Shown here in pieces: positions 11,001 through 19,459 of a stretch of 64,000 nucleotides of DNA. Source of the DNA: Methanobacteriota archaeon (GTDB taxonomy: Archaea; Thermoplasmatota; Thermoplasmata; SG8-5; JAGLSY01); the NCBI GenBank assembly GCA_020697715.1, contig JAEHCO010000003.1, positions 96,001 to 160,000 on the forward strand. The letters run 5' to 3'. Each line of letters opens with the position of its first letter. Within the stretch, counting starts at the first letter, position 1. The position numbers were made by a program, and so were the translations under genes. A model generated the notes under the pieces. That model was not told where the DNA came from. It saw nothing but the letters and a program-made list of their open reading frames with translations, and did not search any database.

Positions 11001-11840
11001 CTCAGCTAGGCTGACTGGATCCCATATCTTCACGGATCCATCCCATGAACTGCTGACAAATTTGGAACCATCACTGTACCATGCTATGTCTGTTACTTTT
11101 TCACTGTGTTGACTGATGGTATTTGATTCTGCCCAGGTGGCAGTATCCCAGACCTTCACTGTGTGATCCTCGGAGCCAGATATCAATTTTGTTCCATCCG
11201 GGGAATAATCCAGTCCTCTTACTGCCCCAGTATGGCCATCCAGGGCATTTATAAGGTCTCCACTTGCAGCATCCCATATTCGTATGGAATTATCTGTTCC
11301 TGTATCCACCCAGGTAACTGCCACATTCTCACCATTGGCAGCCACTGTCGGCCAGCTTTGAATGGAATTGTTCATGTCCGCAACTTCCTGTGGATCATCA
11401 AAGGTCTTTCCACCATCCCTCGATCTGCTTATGAGCACATGACCTGCTTCATTCGAGTCCTGCCAGACGATATACACATCCTCCCCGCCTCCATTTGTTA
11501 TGGCGGGCATTATCTGATTTCCATTTGTGTTCAGATTGACGATCTTATCCTTTGTGAAGCTGGTACCATTGTTGGAGCTATAGGAAACGTATATGTCTTT
11601 GTTACCGCCTCTTTCTTCTCCCCAGGTGGTCACGATCCTTCCGGAATCAAGGACTGTGACGCCGATATTTGTTTTCAAGCCAGTGTAACTCTCATCATTC
11701 ACCAATATGTTATCGGCTAGATCAATGGCATCAACCGTAGTATACGCATTCATTATCAAGCTGGATAACATGGTCGTTATCAGCAATATCGTTATAAATA
11801 GGGTGAATTTTTTTTTCAAGCAGACCACCTTTATAGGCAT
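8085..11840 (-). CDS. Membrane-anchored surface protein: BNR/sialidase-like repeats, nested WD40 repeats, Big_5/Ig-like domains, C-terminal TM and acidic tail
   Basis: Signal-like KKKFTLFITILLITTML; SxDGGxTF repeats; GH...WD repeats; FSEPMD Ig motif; TM LAYLIPIIILVIIILAALIL; start moved to Met60 of the track ORF. Confidence 0.85.
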   Translation of the reverse strand: MPIKVVCLKKKFTLFITILLITTMLSSLIMNAYTTVDAIDLADNILVNDESYTGLKTNIGVTVLDSGRIVTTWGEERGGNKDIYVSYSSNNGTSFTKDKIVNLNTNGNQIMPAITNGGGEDVYIVWQDSNEAGHVLISRSRDGGKTFDDPQEVADMNNSIQSWPTVAANGENVAVTWVDTGTDNSIRIWDAASGDLINALDGHTGAVRGLDYSPDGTKLISGSEDHTVKVWDTATWAESNTISQHSEKVTDIAWYSDGSKFVSSSWDGSVKIWDPVSLAELNDLNVVGGMLLDNPANAVDVSDDMGQIAVAYNGKEKATSFFGLPGEYFNITIWNTSDWSAFTVNEKSGGGDSGSVMDVKFSHAGDLAATAATNVKIWDTTNGSLVDEINIGEKVSSVAWSPDDAFIAAGLTNNSILVFNHTNHMDQYWLSGHEGSVNDLHWNEVTDQLASAASDPDSKIWDTDTGIDIVNLSSHRNSVYALDWSQTNGQIATGGGNSVMKGFIESQVFSVFSEDGGQTFSDPIVVSDTLEGLKNSPDSAMDSNNITYVAWSDDRTTNEGVYYANSTDKGASFSKDIGISITSKVENNPALDVDKSTGIVHISWQKETGGSAGNPIYDIHYSNSSDGFSSVKIIDGNTAVQQASDIAVTPDDGMIYVTWIDSRLGGYQVFLYSSSDGGITFTGYDVVNDESIETKNFPAIACNAYGDVSMVWRDYREVGINVYHSSNIVSDITAPVLISASPLDGSTNVSIFRSIYIEFSEPMDRPSVEAAFSMVGGNTTFDINDFFITWSDYSDEVKLSPLDPLLYSSTYTVSLNNGPKDISDNALEGSYSWGFSTGVDMDPPSIQLQLVISTSDSIFTILQNGSFDANYDEPVTISTEVKDYHGEIDDIKLYYRGVSDIAYSNSLDMENITDLNEDKFSATIPAQNALGDVSFYIWASDIIGNTGNTTPYMFDVLDMTMPEIEMSNITEQPVGQAIPISVNVTDFSDIQDVTMSYWEIGSLFTKYMNLSFDSASEKYQAIIPQQDDVGLVTYNISATDIHGNQNDSPLRSIDIVDLTVPIIELQDAEVLDDKSIKISANVTDNVELEEVILYFKAVGGDLWVKRTMSNNQTGDVYSFTIPAQSKSGIVYYYINATDKSGNTASTLDDMQNLGNELGTELSVPGTETPWLAYLIPIIILVIIILAALILTKKKARPNIEKSTDDELSEIEEDEVAQDMEDDDPEHDADEDASADEGSEDSTTSNKPVDEK

Positions 11841-11979
11841 TGTATTACATATTTTAATATTATAGACTTTCGCTAATTGTATATCGCGTGTGACATATGC
11901 GCGATATTCGCATGTTTCATATGTGGTTATTGATATGATATTATTACTACAAATATGATATTTTATCCATTTATGAATA

Positions 11980-12456
11980 TCATTTGCTGATCTTGGAGGT
12001 TCTATTGACGATCTCAAATCCTTTCCTGGTTATCAGCCTATCATTTTCATGCTTCAGTAGTTTCATGGCTTCCTCTTCCCCAGACCATAGATAATCGCTG
12101 AATTCTTTTTCCATATTCAGCGTGGGGTCTCCATCCACCTTCATCAAGAAATAATGAACGCTCTTATTGTAGTTCATATCATCCGGATACCAGAAAAAGG
12201 TATATCGGACGATGCCAACTGGCCTGTCGATATAAGGTTCTTCGATACCGGATTCCTCAGTTACCTCCCTAAGGGCGTTCTCCCTCAGGGTCTCCCCCTC
12301 TTCCCGTTTGCCTTTTGGCAGTACCCAGATCTTCTCCACTTTCCTCTTCATGATGAGAACTTTATTATCCTCATTAAATAGGATCCCACCGGCTGATACT
12401 ACAAGCTCCGTGGGTTTATCTGGGTTTGGTGGGCCGGTCATTCTCTGATTTCCCAT
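11980..12456 (-). CDS. NUDIX hydrolase (Ap4A hydrolase-like)
   Basis: Nudix box WVLPKGKREEGETLRENALREVTEESG; start overlaps rad50 stop. Confidence 0.9.
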   Translation of the reverse strand: MGNQRMTGPPNPDKPTELVVSAGGILFNEDNKVLIMKRKVEKIWVLPKGKREEGETLRENALREVTEESGIEEPYIDRPVGIVRYTFFWYPDDMNYNKSVHYFLMKVDGDPTLNMEKEFSDYLWSGEEEAMKLLKHENDRLITRKGFEIVNRTSKISK

Positions 12457-14543
12457 TAGATCACCTCAGCGGTACTAGAGCCGTCTTCCAATCTCTTCAC
12501 CACGATGGCATTCCCGAGCATATCCTTAACATCCTCTACATGGGTTATCAGGAATATCTGTTTAAATCTATTGCTAAGACCTGCCAAAGCCGAGAATATA
12601 TTGTTCCTGCGACTAAGGTCTTGGCTGCCGAATATCTCATCCAGGATTATGAAATCCATGCCACCTGATCCCGCTCTCTCGGCAATGACCTGAGATATGG
12701 CCAATCTCAGACATAGATTGGCCAGGTCCTTTTCTCCGCCCGAGAATCTATCTATGGAATGAATATCACTCTCATCGGTCATCGTTATCTCGTAATCCTC
12801 ATTGAGAAGTATCTCATTGTATCTTGAATCTGTTAGAAGACTGATAAGCCTGGACGAGGATTGTGACAGTCCAGGTCGTATTCTGGATATCATATGGGTT
12901 TTGAACCCGCCAAGGACCTCATCGAGTTTCAGTAGCAGATCCAGTTCCTTCTTCTTGGCCTTGAATCCCTCTGCAAGGCCATCCAGCTCTTTCAATTCCT
13001 TCTCCAGAGCGGAGGTCCTGACCTCCAAACGCCCAGCCTTTTCCCTGGCCTGGCTGGACTCTCTTTCTATCTTTCTGATCTCGATAGAAAGTTTTTCAAC
13101 ACTTGCCTTGAGCTTTTCATAACTGGCCTCATCGAATTCCAGTTCTTTCAATTTCTTCTCTGTCTTTGAAAGTTTATCCTGTTTTTCCTCGAGGTCTTTA
13201 TTGGTATCCTCAAGTTTTTTCTTGAGGTCACTGGATCTTTCCATCTTGGCCTTCAGTTTGTCGAATTCTCTTTTCTTCTCATTGAGTATCCTCTCTCTCT
13301 TATCCAGGGCTTTCATTCTCGCATCCAGGCCCATCATCTTCTCCTCGATGGCCTCCGCCTTTTTGCCAGCTTCTTCTTTCTCTTTCAAGAATTTCGCCCT
13401 GTGTTTGCCAAAGGATGTCAGTAGTTTTTCATATGTGGCTCCCAGCTTTCTTTGGCATGTGGGGCACTCACTTTCAGCCCCCAGGCCTTCGATATCTTTG
13501 ATATTGGCATCGATCTCTGAAATATCCTTGCCAAGTATCCTGATGCTGGCTTTCAGCTCGCCAGCATTTGCCTTGATCTCATCTCTTTCTTTTCTTGCCA
13601 TATTCCTTTTCTCAGAGACACCGTCAAGCTCTTTGTCGATCTTATTGATGGATCCCTTCTGTTTGATGAATTCCTTCTCACTTTCTTTCAGAGCCTTGAT
13701 CTCCACATCCAGCTCCTTGCTCTTTTGCTTAAAGGAGGTGATGGTCGCTTTCAGAGAGGCCTTCTCGCGCAGGGCGATATTAAGAGCCTTAGATTTTTCA
13801 TCAAGGCTCTTGACCTTCTTTTTTGTCTCTTTCAACTCTTCATCTTTCTTTTTCAGTATCTTGTCATTATCCTTCTGGATCTTTGCCTCTACCTTATCCC
13901 TCGCCCTGAATTCTTTGAGCTCCAACTGTATGATCTTGATCTTTTCTTTTCCATCATCATCATAGAGTCTTTTTCTGACTTCCTTCAGGCTGGCATCTGC
14001 ATATCTTTTGTCTTCCCTCAGGAGTTTGATAGCATCATCAATATCCTGGATGCCCAACATCCGAAGTATCTCCTCCCGCCTTTTGGCCGGCTGCAAGGTC
14101 GTCAGTGCGTTCAATTCCTTTTGTTGAGCAAAGACCGAGATGAAAAAGGCCTTGTGATCCATTCCCAGTATCTTCTCGATGGCCTCCGTGGTCTCCCTGG
14201 TACCATTGGCCAATATCTTGCCATCAGCCAATAAGGTGGCGGACATGGAAAGGGTCTTGCCAGTCATTTTTCTATGGATCCTGTAGGTGGATCTATTAAG
14301 TTCGAATTCGAGGATCGCCTCACAAGGATCGGAGTGAGCCGCGCCCTGTCTTTTTACTCCTTCTCTATCAGTTCGGACTATGGCTTTCTCATTCCCATAA
14401 AGAGCCCATGCCACGGCCTCCAGAAGACTGGACTTGCCAGTTCCATTGAGACCGATGACCCCTATCAGGCCATTGGGGAATTCCAGCTCCAGGTTCTTGA
14501 AGCGTCTGTAATTCTTCAGCTGAAGGTAGGCCAATCTCATCAA
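12456..14543 (-). CDS. rad50: Rad50/SbcC SMC-like ATPase
   Basis: Walker A GLNGTGKS, coiled coil, CPTC zinc hook, FSGGE signature and ILDE Walker B. Confidence 0.93.
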   Translation of the reverse strand: MMRLAYLQLKNYRRFKNLELEFPNGLIGVIGLNGTGKSSLLEAVAWALYGNEKAIVRTDREGVKRQGAAHSDPCEAILEFELNRSTYRIHRKMTGKTLSMSATLLADGKILANGTRETTEAIEKILGMDHKAFFISVFAQQKELNALTTLQPAKRREEILRMLGIQDIDDAIKLLREDKRYADASLKEVRKRLYDDDGKEKIKIIQLELKEFRARDKVEAKIQKDNDKILKKKDEELKETKKKVKSLDEKSKALNIALREKASLKATITSFKQKSKELDVEIKALKESEKEFIKQKGSINKIDKELDGVSEKRNMARKERDEIKANAGELKASIRILGKDISEIDANIKDIEGLGAESECPTCQRKLGATYEKLLTSFGKHRAKFLKEKEEAGKKAEAIEEKMMGLDARMKALDKRERILNEKKREFDKLKAKMERSSDLKKKLEDTNKDLEEKQDKLSKTEKKLKELEFDEASYEKLKASVEKLSIEIRKIERESSQAREKAGRLEVRTSALEKELKELDGLAEGFKAKKKELDLLLKLDEVLGGFKTHMISRIRPGLSQSSSRLISLLTDSRYNEILLNEDYEITMTDESDIHSIDRFSGGEKDLANLCLRLAISQVIAERAGSGGMDFIILDEIFGSQDLSRRNNIFSALAGLSNRFKQIFLITHVEDVKDMLGNAIVVKRLEDGSSTAEVI

Positions 14544-15658
14544 CTGTCCCCTCCAGCTTTTTCAATATACTCAAGCCCTCGTGTTCTGAGGGCTTCTTTA
14601 TCAATTCCTTCCACGGCCTTTTGTTCGATATAGCCAGCAAATTCTTTTTCCAGTGAATCGAACACAGATTCGCCGGATGAAATGGCCTGCTCGCTGGATG
14701 TCAGCTCCGCCTTGATCTCGAAATGCAGGCTTTCCTTCATCCTTTTCTTCAAATTGCCAGTGTCCAGAAGATGATACTCACTGGAACTCACATCGATCAG
14801 TTTCAGCCGGATGATCTTACCATCAGGCTGCACCCTTGCCAGTTTTTTGTCAATGGCTTCCATGATATCCTGTGATTTCAAACCCTGGCATTTGATCGGG
14901 CCGATATCCTGCATTTCTCTAATGTCGATCGTATGGAACTTCCACTTGCCAGATTCTAGATCCAGCATCACGAAGCCTTTATTCTGGCCGACCTCGCCAA
15001 AGCCCAGTCTTTCGGTCGAGCCTGCATAGACCGCGTTTGCAGTCACCTCGCAATGATCGTGATAATGACCAAGCGCGATGTAGTCAAAGTCCTTGCTCAG
15101 ATTTCCGGATTGAGCAAGCTGTTCATTGAACTCGCCTGTTTTGAAAACACTCAGGCCAGCCACACCCGCATGAAGCATCGCGATATTGTGCTTGAACTTC
15201 TTGTCTGGTTTTAGCTTTTTCAACTGTTCGTCAAAAGTATCCTTATCAATGCAATGCGGCAAAGCATGGACCTTCAACTCTCCGAACTTCAAGGTCTCCA
15301 GCTGGCTTCTGTAAACCGGAAATACGGATTCGATATGCTCGAAGAGCCTGAACACGCTCCCCGTTTCTCTAAGGCGGGGAGCCTCATGGTTGCCAGCTAT
15401 CATCACCAGTGGTATGCCGACCTCTGATAATCGAAGTATCTCCTCCATAGCGAAAGATATCGCGCGATTGGTCGGCCTCACCGTGTCGAAGAGATCGCCA
15501 GAATGAAGCACCAGGTCTGGTTTTTCCCGGATCGCGAAGTCAATTATTTGGGAAAAGGAATTCTGGATATCCACCTCACGCTGATTGTATCCGTTCTCAT
15601 CCAGCTTATTGTAAGTGCTGTAGCCGATATGGCTGTCGGAGAAATGTAGTATTTTCAT
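14540..15658 (-). CDS. mre11: Mre11/SbcD nuclease
   Basis: DSHIG, GDLFD, GNHE and LGHYH phosphoesterase motifs; adjacent to rad50. Confidence 0.93.
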   Translation of the reverse strand: MKILHFSDSHIGYSTYNKLDENGYNQREVDIQNSFSQIIDFAIREKPDLVLHSGDLFDTVRPTNRAISFAMEEILRLSEVGIPLVMIAGNHEAPRLRETGSVFRLFEHIESVFPVYRSQLETLKFGELKVHALPHCIDKDTFDEQLKKLKPDKKFKHNIAMLHAGVAGLSVFKTGEFNEQLAQSGNLSKDFDYIALGHYHDHCEVTANAVYAGSTERLGFGEVGQNKGFVMLDLESGKWKFHTIDIREMQDIGPIKCQGLKSQDIMEAIDKKLARVQPDGKIIRLKLIDVSSSEYHLLDTGNLKKRMKESLHFEIKAELTSSEQAISSGESVFDSLEKEFAGYIEQKAVEGIDKEALRTRGLEYIEKAGGDS

Positions 15659-15719
15659 TCTGTCTCCATTTTTCTTATGTCATTCGATTATATAGATCAT
15701 ATCGATCATGCCAGTATCC

Positions 15720-17294
15720 TTAGAAAAAGGATGTGTCTACCTTTTTCTTCTCCGGTATATTGACCTTCACGGTCTTGATGTAATCTTCGTAAAGATCTAT
15801 TTTGAGTGGTAATGCGAAAGGCGTCTTGGGTGAGACAACCAGTCCCTCGCCGACCATGAGTGTTTGTATCTCATGGTCCAATTTGGAAACATCCTGCCTC
15901 GCGGAGCTGGCCAGCTTTTCCCTGTCCATCTTATCCGCCAGTCCCAGGATGAATAGTGAGTTAAATTGGGATATGACCTGCGAATCGATAAGCTTCGGCT
16001 GCTGTGAAACTGCACAAAGCCCGGTCTTGAACTTTCGGCCTTCTCTCGCTATTTGGCCGAAGATACTTCCCTTCGATCTGTCCAGCACCCGTTGTGCCTC
16101 TTCCAGCACTATCATGGTGGGCGGCATCTTCTCGAATTCCTTCATCTCTTTGTATATTTTCTTATTCCTGTCGAAAAGAGTGCGCACAAGCACGCTGGAT
16201 ATCAGTAATTCCTCACGCTCGCCAGCACCTGACACATCCACCAATACGACCAATCCTTCTCGCAGTTGTTGGATGACCGTGTCTGTCATGGACACGGTGT
16301 CATCGAATGTTATGAGTGGTGAGCTGGCGATGGATTCAATGCGCCGCTTGACCACGCCTATTGTTCCTTCATGGAATCTGGGCTGATATTGTTCGATAAG
16401 CGCCTCGATCCCAGTATCATTCAGATATTGAAGCCATTTCCTTCCGTGACGGCCACGTACCGCGCTAAGGAATTCCACCTGCGGTTCGGATAATGAGTAA
16501 ATATTGCCAACATCCTGAGGTCCGATCTCACTGGCCGCGATCCTGACATCCGAAACATTTCCCTCCACCTCGCGGGTGACATAGCATCTCAATTTCTGAG
16601 TGGCCAGTGGGTGATCCTTCAATCCTTTGAGCTCGGATTTACCACCATTGATATATTCCCCATGTGGATCAAGTATCAACATTCCCACCTGGCCAGACTC
16701 AAGGACCGAGCCTGCGAATCTCTTCATCAAATTGCTCTTACCCATGCCCGTGGTGGCGAAGACACCCAGATGGTGGCACAATACATCTGTGTGGACCCCG
16801 ACTGGCACGCTGTCGATCGTGCGCTCGCCACTTCGAAGAACTCCGACTGTCATATCACCCAAATAATCCTTGAGGAACTTGTAATCCTCATCCCCGGCAT
16901 GTCGGACCTTGGAGAAGTGGGCGGGAATGGTCTTCGGTTTCTTGAACTTCCCACCATCCAGATATCCCAGGGGTGCGCATACCGCGACATTGAATAATCT
17001 TCTTTCCTCATCATAGATATTGTAATTCTCATCGCGATTGTCCATGTCCATCATATTACCAGCAGCGCGTGATGCCCAATCCGATTCCCTGGCCTCCACG
17101 CCGTGCATGAGATTGATAACTCGCAGAAGGAAACGGCGGGACGATGCATCGTCCAGTCCGATCAATATCTCTCCGAGGAAGATGTCCTCATCCTTGAAGG
17201 ATCTGAAATGTATCTCCGTAACATCCTTTCCGATAACTCTGCCTAGTCCTGTATTATTGTTTCCTGTCATATCATCTTCCTCCATCCAGTACAT
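15720..17294 (-). CDS. herA: HerA bipolar helicase/translocase
   Basis: ATTGMGKSN, ILDPHGEY, LEEAQ, REGRKF and SQQP motifs. Confidence 0.92.
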   Translation of the reverse strand: MYWMEEDDMTGNNNTGLGRVIGKDVTEIHFRSFKDEDIFLGEILIGLDDASSRRFLLRVINLMHGVEARESDWASRAAGNMMDMDNRDENYNIYDEERRLFNVAVCAPLGYLDGGKFKKPKTIPAHFSKVRHAGDEDYKFLKDYLGDMTVGVLRSGERTIDSVPVGVHTDVLCHHLGVFATTGMGKSNLMKRFAGSVLESGQVGMLILDPHGEYINGGKSELKGLKDHPLATQKLRCYVTREVEGNVSDVRIAASEIGPQDVGNIYSLSEPQVEFLSAVRGRHGRKWLQYLNDTGIEALIEQYQPRFHEGTIGVVKRRIESIASSPLITFDDTVSMTDTVIQQLREGLVVLVDVSGAGEREELLISSVLVRTLFDRNKKIYKEMKEFEKMPPTMIVLEEAQRVLDRSKGSIFGQIAREGRKFKTGLCAVSQQPKLIDSQVISQFNSLFILGLADKMDREKLASSARQDVSKLDHEIQTLMVGEGLVVSPKTPFALPLKIDLYEDYIKTVKVNIPEKKKVDTSFF

Positions 17295-18309
17295 CGTGGA
17301 AGTTTTGGAAGGACAAATGCCATTTCGCCATGTTCATGCCCATTTTCCCGGCCTCGCGCTCCATCAAATGCTTGATATTCTCGACCTCAGTTCGACTGAA
17401 AGCCACATTGTTATGGGCCTTCGCCAGTGGGTAGGGATATCCGAGATAACCCGGATCATCGCTATATCCGGCCAATTTTGAGAATAGTAGACTGGGATCC
17501 ACACCTTCCGGCAAGGATATATCGACTTTGAATACGAACTTCGACCTGCTGGCCAGAGACACTACATAAGGCTCTCCGAAGAGCTTGTCCTGTCCACCCT
17601 CGATATCCAGCTTGAAGTACCAGGGAGATCCTGGGGCAAGTGCTTCCCCCAGGGTTTGGATCATGGGGATAGCTGGCATTCCTCTATATGCCAGCGAACT
17701 TCTTTTACTGACACCGCAGAGCATTATCTTTCTGGACTTGCAGAGTTCGATCAATCTCTCTAAAAGGACTTCCGAACCTTTGATGCCCGCCCACAGGGAA
17801 CCATCAAAGGACAACACGTCTCCCTCCGCCATATTCTCGGCGGATGCCAGTACTTCCTTCCATTCGATGAGGGAGCGTATCCTGCCCACACCTTCCTCGA
17901 TGGTTCTGGGTATGTCCTGGGGCTCGTTTCCGATAATCTTTCTGTGATGATCAGAATAAACATCTTCCAGATTGGAAGGTGAGAGTGTGATCAATTTGAG
18001 AGATGGATTGTTTGTTCGCTCGGATGAGAATTTGCCATCCACGAAGGCCGCCCCGCCAGCTCGGATACCGGATACATTGAACAATGTGTATCCGTCCAGT
18101 ATGACCGCGCTGCCGCCATCCACTCCGATGAAAGTGCCTTGATTCTCAGACTTCTGGAACTTGATAAAACTATCTTTGTCAATGTCCCTGAGCCAGAGAG
18201 TTCCAGATGTCTCGTCCATCACCATCTGATCGTCATTGGGTTCCTCTATCATCGACCTGGTGTGTGTGACAGCCTCTTCTATTTCAGAAAGATCAAGTCC
18301 CCTCAACAT
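17272..18309 (-). CDS. nurA: NurA 5'-3' nuclease
   Basis: GVDGG, FDGSL, GVSKRS and GYPYPLAKAH motifs; upstream of herA. Confidence 0.92.
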   Translation of the reverse strand: MLRGLDLSEIEEAVTHTRSMIEEPNDDQMVMDETSGTLWLRDIDKDSFIKFQKSENQGTFIGVDGGSAVILDGYTLFNVSGIRAGGAAFVDGKFSSERTNNPSLKLITLSPSNLEDVYSDHHRKIIGNEPQDIPRTIEEGVGRIRSLIEWKEVLASAENMAEGDVLSFDGSLWAGIKGSEVLLERLIELCKSRKIMLCGVSKRSSLAYRGMPAIPMIQTLGEALAPGSPWYFKLDIEGGQDKLFGEPYVVSLASRSKFVFKVDISLPEGVDPSLLFSKLAGYSDDPGYLGYPYPLAKAHNNVAFSRTEVENIKHLMEREAGKMGMNMAKWHLSFQNFHDVLDGGR

Positions 18310-18388
18310 GCGACCTGAAATCTATCAAACCATACTTAAGGATATAGGGAGGGGGGATAGGTGAAACTATAACAAAGCACCAGGAAGG

Positions 18389-19426
18389 TCACTCAACCTC
18401 AACATCCAGCACGAAATGCCCAACTCCTGGGGAGTAGGATTTGATAAGTCTCTGTTCGATATCCAGCACCTTCCTGCCCTCCAGCTCGGCTGCCTCACGG
18501 ACCCTGCTGGCCGGCCTTTCATCGGCCAGCACATTGGGACAAGTCTCGTGGTAATGGATGATACCGCCTTCTGGCTTCAATATCCTCACACTCTTCTGTA
18601 GAAATTCATGGGTCGTGCCAACATAGCCCATGACCACCCTGTCGGCTATTCCCTCCATCGCATCCAGGCAATTGGAATTGTGGGGTTCGACAATGTCCCC
18701 CACATCATTCAGCTCGATATTCTTCTTTAGATAATCATGAGATAGTGGATTGAGCTCGTAGGCCAGCACTTCCGATGGCTTGCTGTGGAAGGCCATCGGT
18801 AGTGTGAAATAACCAATGCCCGCGAACATGTCTACAACGATTTCTCCTGAATTACAAACACTGGCCATTCGGATCCTCTCGTCCACATTCCCGCTGGAGA
18901 ACATGAGCCGGGAAGCATCGAAATTGTATCGGATGCCATTCTCCAAATGTGTCGTCACGGTGTCATTCCCGTAAAGCAATTTATGAACTGGCTCCCGGAA
19001 TTGCCCAGAAATTCCGCCAGTATCCCACAGTACGGCTTTGACATTCAAAATACCAGCATACACTTCGGCAATGTGCTTGCCATACTCCACAATGTCATCG
19101 TCCAGTTTGATAACAAGTACATTGCCCATGAACTCCCATCTTTTCGGTATTTTATCAATGAGATCCTCAGGAATATCAAGATGGGCCAGTATGTCCTTCA
19201 TCGGGTCGTAGAAGGTCTCGCGCCCGATGATTTCCGACAACTCACCAACACTGCCCCCAAGCTCTTCAATGAGCTTGGTCTCGTGGTCTGCCAGTTCTCT
19301 TGTTATTGGAATTTCAATAATCCCACCATCGGAAATAATGCGATGATATTTATCAAGGGCACCCAGACTGGTAATTAACAGTCTGGCCTTCTCCGCTTTC
19401 TCCTTGTGTATCCTGATGGCGAGCAT
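18389..19426 (-). CDS. Taw2/TYW2-like (Trm5 superfamily) SAM-dependent tRNA modification enzyme
   Basis: MFSSGNVDER, DMFAGIGYF, RVVMGY and IHYHE motifs; Trm5-like N-terminal domain. Confidence 0.85.
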   Translation of the reverse strand: MLAIRIHKEKAEKARLLITSLGALDKYHRIISDGGIIEIPITRELADHETKLIEELGGSVGELSEIIGRETFYDPMKDILAHLDIPEDLIDKIPKRWEFMGNVLVIKLDDDIVEYGKHIAEVYAGILNVKAVLWDTGGISGQFREPVHKLLYGNDTVTTHLENGIRYNFDASRLMFSSGNVDERIRMASVCNSGEIVVDMFAGIGYFTLPMAFHSKPSEVLAYELNPLSHDYLKKNIELNDVGDIVEPHNSNCLDAMEGIADRVVMGYVGTTHEFLQKSVRILKPEGGIIHYHETCPNVLADERPASRVREAAELEGRKVLDIEQRLIKSYSPGVGHFVLDVEVE

Positions 19427-19459
19427 CTGACATGGAAACCCGGCACAATGGTTTAAACC

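Noticed and set aside
4598-14234. Long antisense ORFs such as 4598-5182 and 13201-13965
   Set aside because: Ser/Phe/Leu-rich shadows of Glu/Lys-rich coiled-coil genes
12456-18309. HerA/NurA/Mre11/Rad50 as a novel defence system
   Set aside because: This is the well-known archaeal double-strand-break resection operon
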